Below, one piece after another: positions 1-10,866 of a stretch of 64,000 nt of DNA; the stretch's first letter is position 1, and every line of letters begins with the position of its first letter. The DNA comes from Candidatus Bathyarchaeota archaeon. Its GTDB lineage: Archaea; Thermoproteota; Bathyarchaeia; Bathyarchaeales; Bathycorpusculaceae. The notes beneath the pieces were generated by a model, which did no database searches, was not told the origin of the DNA, and saw nothing but the letters and a program-made list of their open reading frames with translations. The translations under genes and the position numbers were made by a program. The DNA is taken from positions 1 through 64,000 of the forward strand of contig CAVRFW010000012.1 in the NCBI GenBank assembly GCA_963720565.1, read 5' to 3'.

Positions 1-1
1 T

Positions 2-52
2 GCAATGACAGTAGTCGGTGCAATAGTAATACTGATGCTGAGAAAGAAGTAA
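2..52 (+). CDS. 3' end of a membrane-anchored surface protein (partial)
   Basis: Frame 2 reads AMTVVGAIVILMLRKK*, a hydrophobic helix plus basic tail; CTTCCCCTTTTTT follows. Confidence 0.7.
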   Translation, partial: AMTVVGAIVILMLRKK

Positions 53-74
53 ACATGTCCTAGACGCAATCTTC

Positions 75-90
75 ACCTTCCCCTTTTTTA
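75..90 (+). terminator. Oligo-pyrimidine/T-tract terminator
   Basis: CACCTTCCCCTTTTTT about 25 nt after the stop codon. Confidence 0.5.
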
Positions 91-592
91 GTTGCAACCA
101 ACAACAGGATTAAGGAGAAAACGGGCACAAACGGGGACTGAATGGGCTCCAGATAAGACTCATCCAGAATTGTCTCGCAACGCTGTCGATATTCCAGTAT
201 TTCTCTTTTCTCCTTTCAGTATAGCGTCTCCGGAGCCCCAGCAAACCCGGGTAATCGTTTGCTCATAAGCGAGTGCTATGTATTATTGGCAACACAAAAG
301 GCTAAGCGAAATACATAGGAAAAAGCGCACACAGGATTATTACAAAAGAATCCAGTTATATTAAACCAAAATAAAATAAGTTAGTTACTAACTACTAACT
401 ACTACTAAAAGGAAAACTAAAAAATGAACGAACCTGCTGTAGCTCTGTACAAAAAGGGGTTTAAGACAAGAATCAAAAATAACTTAAATTTAAACTTAGT
501 TTACGAAAAGAAGTTAGATTTAAGTTTAATTAGAGTTAATATAAAACTTAGGTAAAGTTAATTAGAACCGCCTGCTTTCGTATAAAATCTGG

Positions 593-994
593 GTGAATCG
601 AATGAACAACATTGCACTTGTGGCTCACGATAACAAAAAAACTGACCTAGTTGAATGGTGTGATTTCAATAAAGGCTCTCTCTCCCGATATTGCTTGTAC
701 GCAACAGGGACCACCGGCAGAAGAGTAACCGATAAAACCGGGTTAAAGATAAACTTGCTTAAGAGCGGTCCCTTCGGCGGAGACATGGAACTCGGAGCTA
801 TGATTGCAAATGGGAAGCTGGATTGCCTAATATTTTTCTGGGACCCCCTGGAGTCTCAGCCCCATGACGTAGATGTAAAAGCGGTATTGCGAATAGCAGT
901 CCTGTATAACATACCAACTGCCTGTAACAGGGCTACAGCTGACATGCTAATCTCCAGTTCAATGTTCCACAAAGAAAATCAAAAGCCGGAATAA
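593..994 (+). CDS. mgsA: Methylglyoxal synthase
   Basis: IALVAHDNKK, ATGTTG, SGPFGGD and FFWDPLESQPHDVD motifs. Confidence 0.95.
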   Translation: MNRMNNIALVAHDNKKTDLVEWCDFNKGSLSRYCLYATGTTGRRVTDKTGLKINLLKSGPFGGDMELGAMIANGKLDCLIFFWDPLESQPHDVDVKAVLRIAVLYNIPTACNRATADMLISSSMFHKENQKPE

Positions 995-1016
995 CTAACC
1001 CTTTATTGGTCTCAGG

Positions 1017-1836
1017 TTAGCTCATGAATAAGTTTAGCTGAGATTGTTTTGACGTAGTTCTCTCTTTGGCTCTTCTTTGTTCTTTTGAAAGCAAATTCAT
1101 CCTCTCAAGGACCTGTAGGCAGTTTTCCGGTGCATAACCGTGAAAGTGATTGTTGAAGTAGCCTAGAAACTTTCTTAACCTTCTGAGAAACCTCCAGAAT
1201 TCTCGGAATCCAAGGTTCCAGTTCCTCTTCAGTGTATTGATAATCGAACCATAATTTCTTCCCCCTTCCATGCCATCGAAAATAGGCTAGGTCAGCTGTC
1301 AGATGAACTTCAGGAGGTAGCAATGGTTCATCAACGATCGTGTAAGCAACATCATACTTCTTCAGCAAGTCCCATGTTTCGTCTCTCATCCAAGATAGGT
1401 TCCGAAATTCCACAGCATATTTAAAATTTGAATCAAGGAGACCAAAAAAGGAATCCAAATTTTCCGGATTGTAATCGTATTTGGGCGGAAGCTGAATCAA
1501 CAGACAAGCAAGTTTTCCGCCTGTCTGAAGAGGGCGCATAAGTTCCAGGAAATTGTCCAAATCGGTTTTAACGTCTCCTCTTAATCCCAGCTTTTTATCG
1601 TGCGTAATCAGCTTAGGAAGTTTAGCGGTGAAAACAAAATCAGATGGAGAATACCGCAACCATCCCATCACCATTCCTTTTGAAGGATAGCGGTAAAACG
1701 TCGAATCAATTTCAGCGGTCTTAAAAATCTTTGAATAAGCACGAAGCTTTCGCTTTTCGCCTTTTTGATAGAAGACCCCTTCCCACTCAGTATAGCTCCA
1801 TCCAGAGGTACCCAGAAAAATGTTCTCGTTATTCAT
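1017..1836 (-). CDS. DUF72 family protein (one +1 frameshift near 1168)
   Basis: GTSGWSY, EIDSTFY, LIQLPP, AVEFRN, YFRWHG; the conserved GYFNNH..GYAPEN end continues in the 1017..1271 frame. Confidence 0.85.
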
Positions 1837-2760
1837 ATGACCGTCTCCAAAGCAGCAACAACTTCATCAACACTGCCAAAGGTCTTATCAGAGATTTTAG
1901 ACAGAAGTTCATGCAAGCGAACCCTTCTGTTCGCAGTCATGTCGACAACCTTCCAGCCCTGATGCGCAGCCAACTCCTTCCTCGAAGAAGGAAACTTGGC
2001 ATCTTCAGAAAGAACTGCTCTAATAGACTCAACTCCCGTAAACGGTGTGGCTGGCATGAATTCTCCGGTTTTCTTGTAATGCACAAACCTCGCGGCATCT
2101 GTGTTCATCCTCAAACCATGGTAGGATAACGCAACAATTTTGACCCCGGGCTTGTTTGCTTTTTCGTCAATCTCAATCAACTCCTCATCGGTAAACTGAT
2201 AGATATTATGCAATCCTTTCCCGAACAAGCGACTATAGACAACATCCGAATCAAAATATGGTTCAGCTCTTGAAAGATCCACACAATGCACAATGCTAAA
2301 ATCTTGCATGAAATCACTCACAGCTCGATGTTAGGGGAGCTCTGATTTCCCAAACTATGCGAACTCCCCCAAAGTTTGAAGAAGAAAACAAATCCCGCGC
2401 GTTCTTAACTTCTTGCTTATTCATTGCATATCCAACTGGAGTTTCCAGGACAAGAAAAGGTGCTTTAAGAATTTCACAATATCTTAGCATCTGATTAATC
2501 ACGTTATGGGCTTCATCGGTGGGTCTCAAACCTATCTTATGCGTGAGGTCCTGATGGCAACGAACTGAAAACGTGAAGTTAGTGGGAACGGCCTTTCGCC
2601 ATCCTTCTACACTTCGAACTTCAGGGTACTCATAGAACGTGTAGTTCACCTCAGTAAAATTGAAGACTTGAGAGTATGTTTTCAGTACCTGTTTCCCTGG
2701 AACATTAAAGTAAGCCCAACCGCCTGTACCGACGAGATAATCACTTGATGCTTGTTCCAA
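1833..2760 (-). CDS. Divergent DUF72 protein with C-terminal DUF2795-like domain (frameshift near 2325)
   Basis: VGTGGWAY, EVNYTFY, VWEIR in 2314..2760; HCVDL and YSRLFG in 1833..2321; removing one base joins the two. Confidence 0.75.
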
Positions 2761-2845
2761 AGTTCCATCCTTCCTTAATCAAGCAAAAACTGCGCCAAAC
2801 AATAGTTCTTTTACTGAAGACACTATTATACTGTAAGGTGAATCC

Positions 2846-3463
2846 TTGAAGCTTGTGCGAAAGCACAAAAATCACAAACCATTCAAGCAACTAACACTGG
2901 ACAGTCTCCTTTCTGAAACTGAGAAAAACTTGCCCGAAACAAAAACCAAGCAAGCTCTCGTAAATGTTGACACGGAAACATTACCCTTCAAAAGCAAACA
3001 AATTACAATCACGCAGTTAGCCCCAACCATAAAAAATTATGACGAACTAAATGTAGACACAGATTTCAGACTCGTACCTTCTAAGAAAGCTTTTTCAAAA
3101 ATAAGGTATACACTATGGTTTGATGGGCAAAAAGCATCATCTGATCTCATCGAGATCCCCCAAAGTCTTGTCGCATCCGACGAATTCGAGATAAAGCGAA
3201 TTTTAGATTTAAGAGGAATGACTCCGGGAAATCACACGGTAAAAGTAGAACTATGTGACCTTTTTTCCCCTTCATGCGCTTCAAAAGAAATAGCAATTGA
3301 GTACAAACCTCTGACCAAAGAGGAAAGATATAGAAGAATACCAACAGTCAAGAAGACTGAAGGCGTTGACATAGCTATTGTCTCAAACGACGAAAAAGAA
3401 GTGCTTAGAGAGATTAATGATACACTCAGAAAGGAACAAATCAGCAAAAGAGATAACTGGTAA
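2846..3463 (+). CDS. Hypothetical protein with a beta-rich central domain
   Basis: 205-aa ORF divergent from the DUF72 pair; N-terminal KQLTLDSLL motif. Confidence 0.7.
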   Translation: MKLVRKHKNHKPFKQLTLDSLLSETEKNLPETKTKQALVNVDTETLPFKSKQITITQLAPTIKNYDELNVDTDFRLVPSKKAFSKIRYTLWFDGQKASSDLIEIPQSLVASDEFEIKRILDLRGMTPGNHTVKVELCDLFSPSCASKEIAIEYKPLTKEERYRRIPTVKKTEGVDIAIVSNDEKEVLREINDTLRKEQISKRDNW

Positions 3464-3578
3464 AGTTACCTGACCTCCTAAAAGAACCAGGGATTTTGCT
3501 GAATGGATAAGAAAGTCTGGAACACAACTTTGCCCTGTGTTAAGAGTCCAAATGCCTTTCAGAAATTTGACACGTTGC

Positions 3579-5096
3579 TCAATATGTTTTTGTCCAACAG
3601 TATGTACACAGGTCTTCTCGTTTTAACGTAGTGTTGTTAGGGGCTTCGATTACTGCTCGTATCATTTCTTCCAGAGTTAGGAAACGCAGCGTTGTGAAGC
3701 CTATGCGTTGTCTTATTTCTTCCACCATAAGCTTGTAACTTGGACTCGTCGGGTCAACAAACGCGTTGAGGTCACTGCTGAGTCCGATGTTTCCAAGGCT
3801 TTTGTAGGTTGCAAGGTCGCTGTTCCTGGTTGATACATCAAAAATGCAGGGGTGCAGTTGTGGAGGAGATGCTATTCTTGCATGAATTTCTTTGGGTTTG
3901 AAGGGCAGGATTTTTTCCTTCAGGAGATTTTGCAGTTGCGTTCCTCGTCTGATTGAGTCGTCAACGAGAATTATGCTTTTGTCCTTTATCATCTGGGGAT
4001 TTGGAACCTGTTTGTACTTTGCCACCATTTCTCGGGTCCGTTGTGCAGGGGGAATATAGCTTCTTCCCCAGCCCGGAGTGTATTTGATTAGCGGGCGCCT
4101 AAGAGGAGCAACATACCCAAGAATCTGGTTTGTGGCTGTTTCCAACTCTTCCAAACTAATCTTGCCCTGCTTGAACTCTGCTAGGAGCTGCCGTATTCCT
4201 TCTTTTGCTAATTCAATTTTTCTCTTTACATAACCAACTGAATGGGGCAAACCTGAATCGGCAACGCCCAGCACCAGATCAGCTTTTGCTTCGTCTTCTT
4301 CAGCTAAGAAACCACCGCATCGCTCCCTGACTATTTCGGAGTTTATACCATAGAAATCTGAAGCTGGAAAACCTGAATACACATGAAGAAAAGGGCAAAA
4401 CTTTTTTTTGCCTCGGGTGGGCACTCTCTGTGTCAACCCGTTTTCCCCAATTGAGACTATTTCGCGAAAATCAAGAAACTTGACAACCTCGTACCCTAAA
4501 TTGGGGAAGCCCGTGGTTTCAGAAGCTACAGCCCAACTCTGTTCCTTCGTACCAACCACCAGAGGAAACGTGTCACCGGCAGCATAAATGGCTCTGTCGT
4601 TTTCAGAGAGCAACAGCAGAGAAATCGAACCTTCTATCTTATCATACATTTTCTCTATTCCAGCAACCAGATTCTCGCCAGTTGCTATTAGTTCACCAAC
4701 GAGTTCCGTCTGAGATTGCAGGTTTACCTTTTGCCTTGACTTTTTGAAGGTTGCTCCTTTTTCGATCAGTTCGGAATATAGTTTTTTGGAGTTATTAATG
4801 AAGCCAACTGTGCAGAGGGCGAAATTACCTATTTTTGTTTCGAATTTGATGGGCTGGTCCTCTTTTATGTCACTGATAACTCCTATGCCTATTGTGCCTT
4901 TAAGTTTTGGAAAGTGTTTCCCGAATTTTGATTTGAACTGGCTATTACTGATATTGTGAGATATAGTTTCCATGTAGCCATCAAGTATAGCTATGCCTGC
5001 GACTTCGGTTCCCAGATGAGTGTGGTAATCTGTTCCGAAAAACAAGTCTCTAGCGCAATTGCTTCTTGAGGCAACTCCGAATAGACCGCCCAACAT
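3579..5096 (-). CDS. purF: Amidophosphoribosyltransferase, variant lacking Cys1
   Basis: GGLFG..DLFFGTDYHTHLG N-terminus, ILVDDSIRRGTQL PRPP loop, LCTYCW C-terminus; start placed at ATG 5096. Confidence 0.9.
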   Translation of the reverse strand: MLGGLFGVASRSNCARDLFFGTDYHTHLGTEVAGIAILDGYMETISHNISNSQFKSKFGKHFPKLKGTIGIGVISDIKEDQPIKFETKIGNFALCTVGFINNSKKLYSELIEKGATFKKSRQKVNLQSQTELVGELIATGENLVAGIEKMYDKIEGSISLLLLSENDRAIYAAGDTFPLVVGTKEQSWAVASETTGFPNLGYEVVKFLDFREIVSIGENGLTQRVPTRGKKKFCPFLHVYSGFPASDFYGINSEIVRERCGGFLAEEDEAKADLVLGVADSGLPHSVGYVKRKIELAKEGIRQLLAEFKQGKISLEELETATNQILGYVAPLRRPLIKYTPGWGRSYIPPAQRTREMVAKYKQVPNPQMIKDKSIILVDDSIRRGTQLQNLLKEKILPFKPKEIHARIASPPQLHPCIFDVSTRNSDLATYKSLGNIGLSSDLNAFVDPTSPSYKLMVEEIRQRIGFTTLRFLTLEEMIRAVIEAPNNTTLKREDLCTYCWTKTY

Positions 5097-5574
5097 TAAT
5101 TTCGCATCCAACTTGTTTGGTTGCAGTTTCACCCTAAAAGAGTTGCCGTCTGTTATAGCATTTTTTAAGACTGTTTTCGCAAAGTGCATCTGCAAATAAT
5201 GTTTTGGGATGAGGCTTCTGGTTCGGCGTAAGATTTTTGGGCGATTAGGGCTGGAAAAGAGTCATAGAAAAGCAGTTCGAAGCACCCAAAGAATCAGTTC
5301 TTTGCAGTGTTGCGACACCTCAAATGAGATTTATGGGTTACAAGGGGGACGACATGTGCTTTCCTTCTAACACTCCGTTGGAAGATTGATCAAGACTCTT
5401 TTCCTCTCATCTCTTTCCTGTATTTATTGGGAGAAAACGGCAGTCTTTCTTAGATATATCGATTTTGGGAATATGTCAGAATACAAAACAAGGTATATAT
5501 TAAGTCTTGCGATACGAGTTGTAGTGCTGTATTACACTCCAACAGTAATACAAAACTACACAATGGTGAAAAAA

Positions 5575-5952
5575 ATGAGTCTAACAAACCCAAACACCCA
5601 ATGCATGTTACAACTCTGTGAACTAAAAACAACAGAAGACCTTTTTGAAAAAACAATACTCGAAGCAATCGACGAAGGTTTCTCTTTCTTCGGGGAATCC
5701 TGCAAAGAAGACATCTACACACACCTAGAAAGCTACTATGAACTTGAGAGAAACTACATACCCTACAAAATCGAACACTTCTCTACTGCACTCCACCAGT
5801 GTTTCGGCGTCGGAGCAAAAATAATCGAAATGAACATAATCAAAGCTCTCTGCGAAAAAAACAAGAATTTCACTTTTTCTCCAAAGAAGAGAGACTTGGT
5901 CTTCAATGAATATGCGGAAGGTCTGAAGACCTTCTTAGCGGAGCAAACATAG
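5575..5952 (+). CDS. Small helical archaeal protein (DUF3227/NitrOD5-like)
   Basis: AIDEGFSFFGES..IYTHLE..IPYKIEHFSTALHQCFGVGAKIIE pattern. Confidence 0.6.
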   Translation: MSLTNPNTQCMLQLCELKTTEDLFEKTILEAIDEGFSFFGESCKEDIYTHLESYYELERNYIPYKIEHFSTALHQCFGVGAKIIEMNIIKALCEKNKNFTFSPKKRDLVFNEYAEGLKTFLAEQT

Positions 5953-6019
5953 CAATCTAAACGTCTGCCCACGCTGTTAGATGAATTATCTTTGGGCTTT
6001 TGTCCAAAGAACGAATGCT

Positions 6020-6538
6020 CTATCCGTTTGTTGTGTTGATTCTTATTAAGGAGAAAACCTCGTGCTTATCTCCAAGTGTCTTTCTTCCCTCAAGATAACC
6101 TAATTCTATCAAGAAGCCTATTCCAACGACTTCTCCGCCCAACTTCTCAACCAACGCAATATTTGCCTTCACAGTTCCACCCGTAGCGAGCAAATCGTCG
6201 ATGAGCAAAACCTTCTGTCCGGGTTCAACAGCATCTTTGTGAATCTCAATCGTGTCACATTCATACTCTTTCTTGTACGTTAGGTCTACACACTTGAATG
6301 GCAGCTTGCCCTTCTTTCTAATAGGCACGAAACCTACCCCAAGCTCATAGGCCAAAGCAGCTCCCACTATGAAACCTCTCGCTTCGTTCGAAACTACAAC
6401 ATCAATAGATGTGCCTCGGTAATGATCAGCAAGCAGTCTGACGCATTCTCTAAAGCAGTCCTTATCCCTCAGAAGAGGGGTAATATCCCAAAAAACCACA
6501 CCTTTAAACTCGGGAATACGCCGAACTTTTGACTTCAA
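6020..6538 (-). CDS. apt: Adenine phosphoribosyltransferase
   Basis: FWDITPLL, EARGF, RKKGKLP, LIDDLLATGGT. Confidence 0.95.
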   Translation of the reverse strand: MKSKVRRIPEFKGVVFWDITPLLRDKDCFRECVRLLADHYRGTSIDVVVSNEARGFIVGAALAYELGVGFVPIRKKGKLPFKCVDLTYKKEYECDTIEIHKDAVEPGQKVLLIDDLLATGGTVKANIALVEKLGGEVVGIGFLIELGYLEGRKTLGDKHEVFSLIRINTTNG

Positions 6539-6583
6539 ATCAACTTCCCTACTCTTCCTGTTTTCCGTCTTTAATCCCTCCCT

Positions 6584-7376
6584 TCAAACCATTGCACCCT
6601 TCAAAGCATGCCCGCAATCACAACTCGGTTCTTTTGGCAACCCTGCAACTGTCTCAGCTATTATTCGCTTTACTTTCTCAATGTTTGCCCGCATAATGAC
6701 CATCACTTCATCCACACATACTGGATGATCTTTCCATACATCATAATCCGTAACGGTGGATATCGATGCGTAGCATATTTCGGCTTCGCGTGCAAGAACG
6801 CACTCAGGAACAACAGTCATGCCTACTACGTCTGCCCCCCACGTTCTGAACATTTTTGATTCAGCCTTCGTTGAAAAACGCGGCCCTTCTATGCAAACAT
6901 AAGTTCCTTTGCTATGCGCGTGAATATCTAGATCTCTGGCGACTGCTATCAGTGGTCTTCCGTATTTCTGGACACATCGGTTCTGCAACTGATATGTGGC
7001 AAACCTTTTTCTCCGCAATTGTGTAGAAAGACTGTTCGCGTCTTGTAGTCCTATCAATGAACTGGTCAACGAGAACAATGTCTCCGGGTTTGTAATCTTC
7101 CCTCAATGAACCAACGGTTGAAGGTGCAAGTATCCTTCTAACGCCTAGCTTCTTCAAGGCGAAGATGTTTGCCCTGGCATTGATGTCTGTCGGTCTTATC
7201 GTGTGTCTTTTAGAGTGTCTTGGCAGGAACGCCACAAGTCTGCCACTCAACTCGCCTAGAGTAATTGCGTCAGAGGGCATACCATAAGGCGTGTCTATCG
7301 TGACTTCTTCGACATTCTTGAGGAGTTTTGGATCGCATAGACCCGTTCCGCCGATTATTCCAATTTCTGCTTGCAT
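6584..7376 (-). CDS. mtnP: S-methyl-5'-thioadenosine phosphorylase (frameshift near 6958)
   Basis: [22 protein letters not shown] in one frame; [20 protein letters not shown] in the next. Confidence 0.9.
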
Positions 7377-7439
7377 GAAGTCTTTACTTTGGGTAATCTG
7401 CTTATAAGAATAGCGACTAAAACATTGCCAATTACGTAG

Positions 7440-8513
<1,074 letters not shown>

Positions 8514-8522
8514 TCAACGCTT

Positions 8523-10733
8523 TCATGATTTAGTGAACCTGTCAAACACGGTCAATGTGCTAACGGCGCCACAAGAAGGACATTTATGCAAGAATCCGAA
8601 CCAACTTTTCCTGCAGTTGCTGCAGTATGTAACGGCCCGGTTGTACGTAAAAAATTCAAGCGCTTGATTTTGAACTAGGTGCACAGTCAAGGATAGCAGC
8701 GATTCAGGTTTGTGCTCAGTTTCACCCAAGTCAACTATGCTAAGACTTCCTCCAGTGCTGACACTTTTCAGTTTTCGCGCATCGTCTAAAGCGGCAGACG
8801 CAATTATCGGAAAATCACCGGATTGGAGGCGCATGTGCTTCGCGGTCGAATAAAAGGGTCTGTCTCGAGTTCCTGAAAACCTTATTCTAGCGACTCCATA
8901 CTTCTCAATATCCAATCGAACCAGTCGCTCAGACGCTTCATTGTTAGGAAGGATTGCAGGGTACAACCGTTTTCCATGTTTCCTGCCGAGTTTTTGTTTC
9001 AATACTATGATGGCTTGGATAATTTCCTCTGCAAATTTGCTGCCTTCTTCGGAAGTTGCATCCTTTTCACAAAAAGTCTCCACAGTTTCGCGGAATCCCG
9101 CCAGATTTATCAATCGAGAGCAGTTTTCAAGCCTAAGATACGTATCGTCATTTAGGCTCTGCATTAGAAATGGAAAGAAGGTTTTCGCATGTTGCCTAAG
9201 CACACCATACTTTATTCCGAGGGCGCGAGCTGCCATCTCGTATCTCTCCCGCAGAATCTCGAAGAATTTGTTCTTGTCTTTCTCGCTTTCAATGGCGATC
9301 CGGGGTAAATTAATCGTGACCGCTCCGAGGCAACCGGTTCTCAGAGTATCGATTTCCCAGTCTCCAGTTAGATCTGCCTCAAGCTTGCACCCTGAAGAAG
9401 AGAATACCGGATAACTGTCTCTCTGTAGTGCATTTACAAAGTATGGGGTTCCGGTCACCGTCGCCAAATTGTGAACTTTTAGAAGAACAGCTTTAGCATT
9501 TTCATTCTCTAACGCTTCGCTAGATATTTTGACAACAAGTTTAGGATTCAGCAGTGGTTTTAGAGTACTCTCCTCCAACAATACTTCGGATAAAAGTGAC
9601 GCTATCAAGAGGCTTTCATAAGCAAAATCTCCATATGTTCCGCATGTTTTTCCTTCTGGACCGACCGCTGCCTTATCTGCAATGAATCTCGGAATCGAAA
9701 GCTCTATTCCCAGAGTTGCGTCCGCGTGTTGACTTAGGCTTATTGTGAAGAGACGAAGATACTCCTTTATCCTTGGTGCATCTAATCCTCTGGCGAAAGG
9801 CGCGAGAAACACGTTGAAGTAATCACAGGTTTGGGTGGCATTGAGTTCTTTGCTCCCATGCAAAATGACGTTAAACGTGATTGATAATGCAGATTCAAAG
9901 CTCTTAGGATGTTCTATGGAGAGTTGAAGATTGTTTGCAGCGTTTATGCCGTTTTGGAAGAAGAATCGTAGATCGTGGATTACTTCGTCTGGCTTAAGCA
10001 CCCACGTACCGAGGCATTCTACATGGATGGCGCCTGAGACATGTGCATCGGCGATGTCTCTGGGGAAAATATTCAGGAGGGTATACTCGCCAAAAACTGT
10101 CTCTCCCGCAAATGCTATTTTGTCCATAGAGTCCTCCTCAACACTTTTCGCCTCCATCAAAACCGTTACCTCGTGGACGGGCATGCCAAGTCGCGTAAGC
10201 TTGTGTCTGTAGTCTTCAAGTCCCTTTTCAACCAGTATCCCGTTGACTACCTCTCTAACCAGCGGCGCGGTCAAATACTTGGTTTTAGATTTGAGCAAGC
10301 GTTTTTCAGCCTCTTTGGCTGCCTTCTGAGCTAATTCCGGCGGCATTTTTGCCTCCTTGATAAGCGAATTCGCAATTTTGTTGACATCAAATTCTTCAAG
10401 AGTATAATGTGATGTGCGGATTGTTAATCCGCGGGGTTTATCCGCCTTTTTTTCCACTCTATCCGCGACGTCGAGGACCATCTTGCCCAAATCAGTTAAA
10501 CTGTACTTCTTGGCTTCAGAGTCGGGTTCAATCAAGTCTGCCTTTAGTAGGAATTTTAGGTGATAGGCAAACCTTCCTGCGTCTCTACTTGGATTCATCT
10601 TAAGCGCGTTCATCAATTCGGTATAAGAAAGACCTCCTTTGTCAAAAAGGAGATTTAGGATTTGCAGTCTCAGAGGTGAAGAAACGGCCTTCAGAACTTT
10701 TACTCCGCGAACCCTCTGTGGAAGATTAACCAT
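8523..10733 (-). CDS. Winged-helix + ATP-cone + class III ribonucleotide reductase-like fusion, apparently inactive
   Basis: N-terminal ArsR-like HTH (LRLQIL..LSYTELM..FAYHLKFL), ATP cone (EEFDVNKIANSLIKEA), NrdD core (VTINLPRIA), CxxC..CxxC; ends DRFTKS without RxxGY. Confidence 0.85.
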   Translation of the reverse strand: MVNLPQRVRGVKVLKAVSSPLRLQILNLLFDKGGLSYTELMNALKMNPSRDAGRFAYHLKFLLKADLIEPDSEAKKYSLTDLGKMVLDVADRVEKKADKPRGLTIRTSHYTLEEFDVNKIANSLIKEAKMPPELAQKAAKEAEKRLLKSKTKYLTAPLVREVVNGILVEKGLEDYRHKLTRLGMPVHEVTVLMEAKSVEEDSMDKIAFAGETVFGEYTLLNIFPRDIADAHVSGAIHVECLGTWVLKPDEVIHDLRFFFQNGINAANNLQLSIEHPKSFESALSITFNVILHGSKELNATQTCDYFNVFLAPFARGLDAPRIKEYLRLFTISLSQHADATLGIELSIPRFIADKAAVGPEGKTCGTYGDFAYESLLIASLLSEVLLEESTLKPLLNPKLVVKISSEALENENAKAVLLKVHNLATVTGTPYFVNALQRDSYPVFSSSGCKLEADLTGDWEIDTLRTGCLGAVTINLPRIAIESEKDKNKFFEILRERYEMAARALGIKYGVLRQHAKTFFPFLMQSLNDDTYLRLENCSRLINLAGFRETVETFCEKDATSEEGSKFAEEIIQAIIVLKQKLGRKHGKRLYPAILPNNEASERLVRLDIEKYGVARIRFSGTRDRPFYSTAKHMRLQSGDFPIIASAALDDARKLKSVSTGGSLSIVDLGETEHKPESLLSLTVHLVQNQALEFFTYNRAVTYCSNCRKSWFGFLHKCPSCGAVSTLTVFDRFTKS

Positions 10734-10866
10734 ATCGCTATCCTGTCTCGATTGCGTGAATCTATTATTTTGAAGGCAGAGTTTAAACTTTAGCTATTCC
10801 ATTCTTGCAGCAACAACTCATTTATTAAGACAATATGACGCATTAGTTTATCTGTAATGGAGCTTC

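Noticed and set aside
6950..6965. Programmed ribosomal frameshift in mtnP and other genes
   Set aside because: No shared slippery sequence or stimulatory structure; the pattern fits sequencing indels
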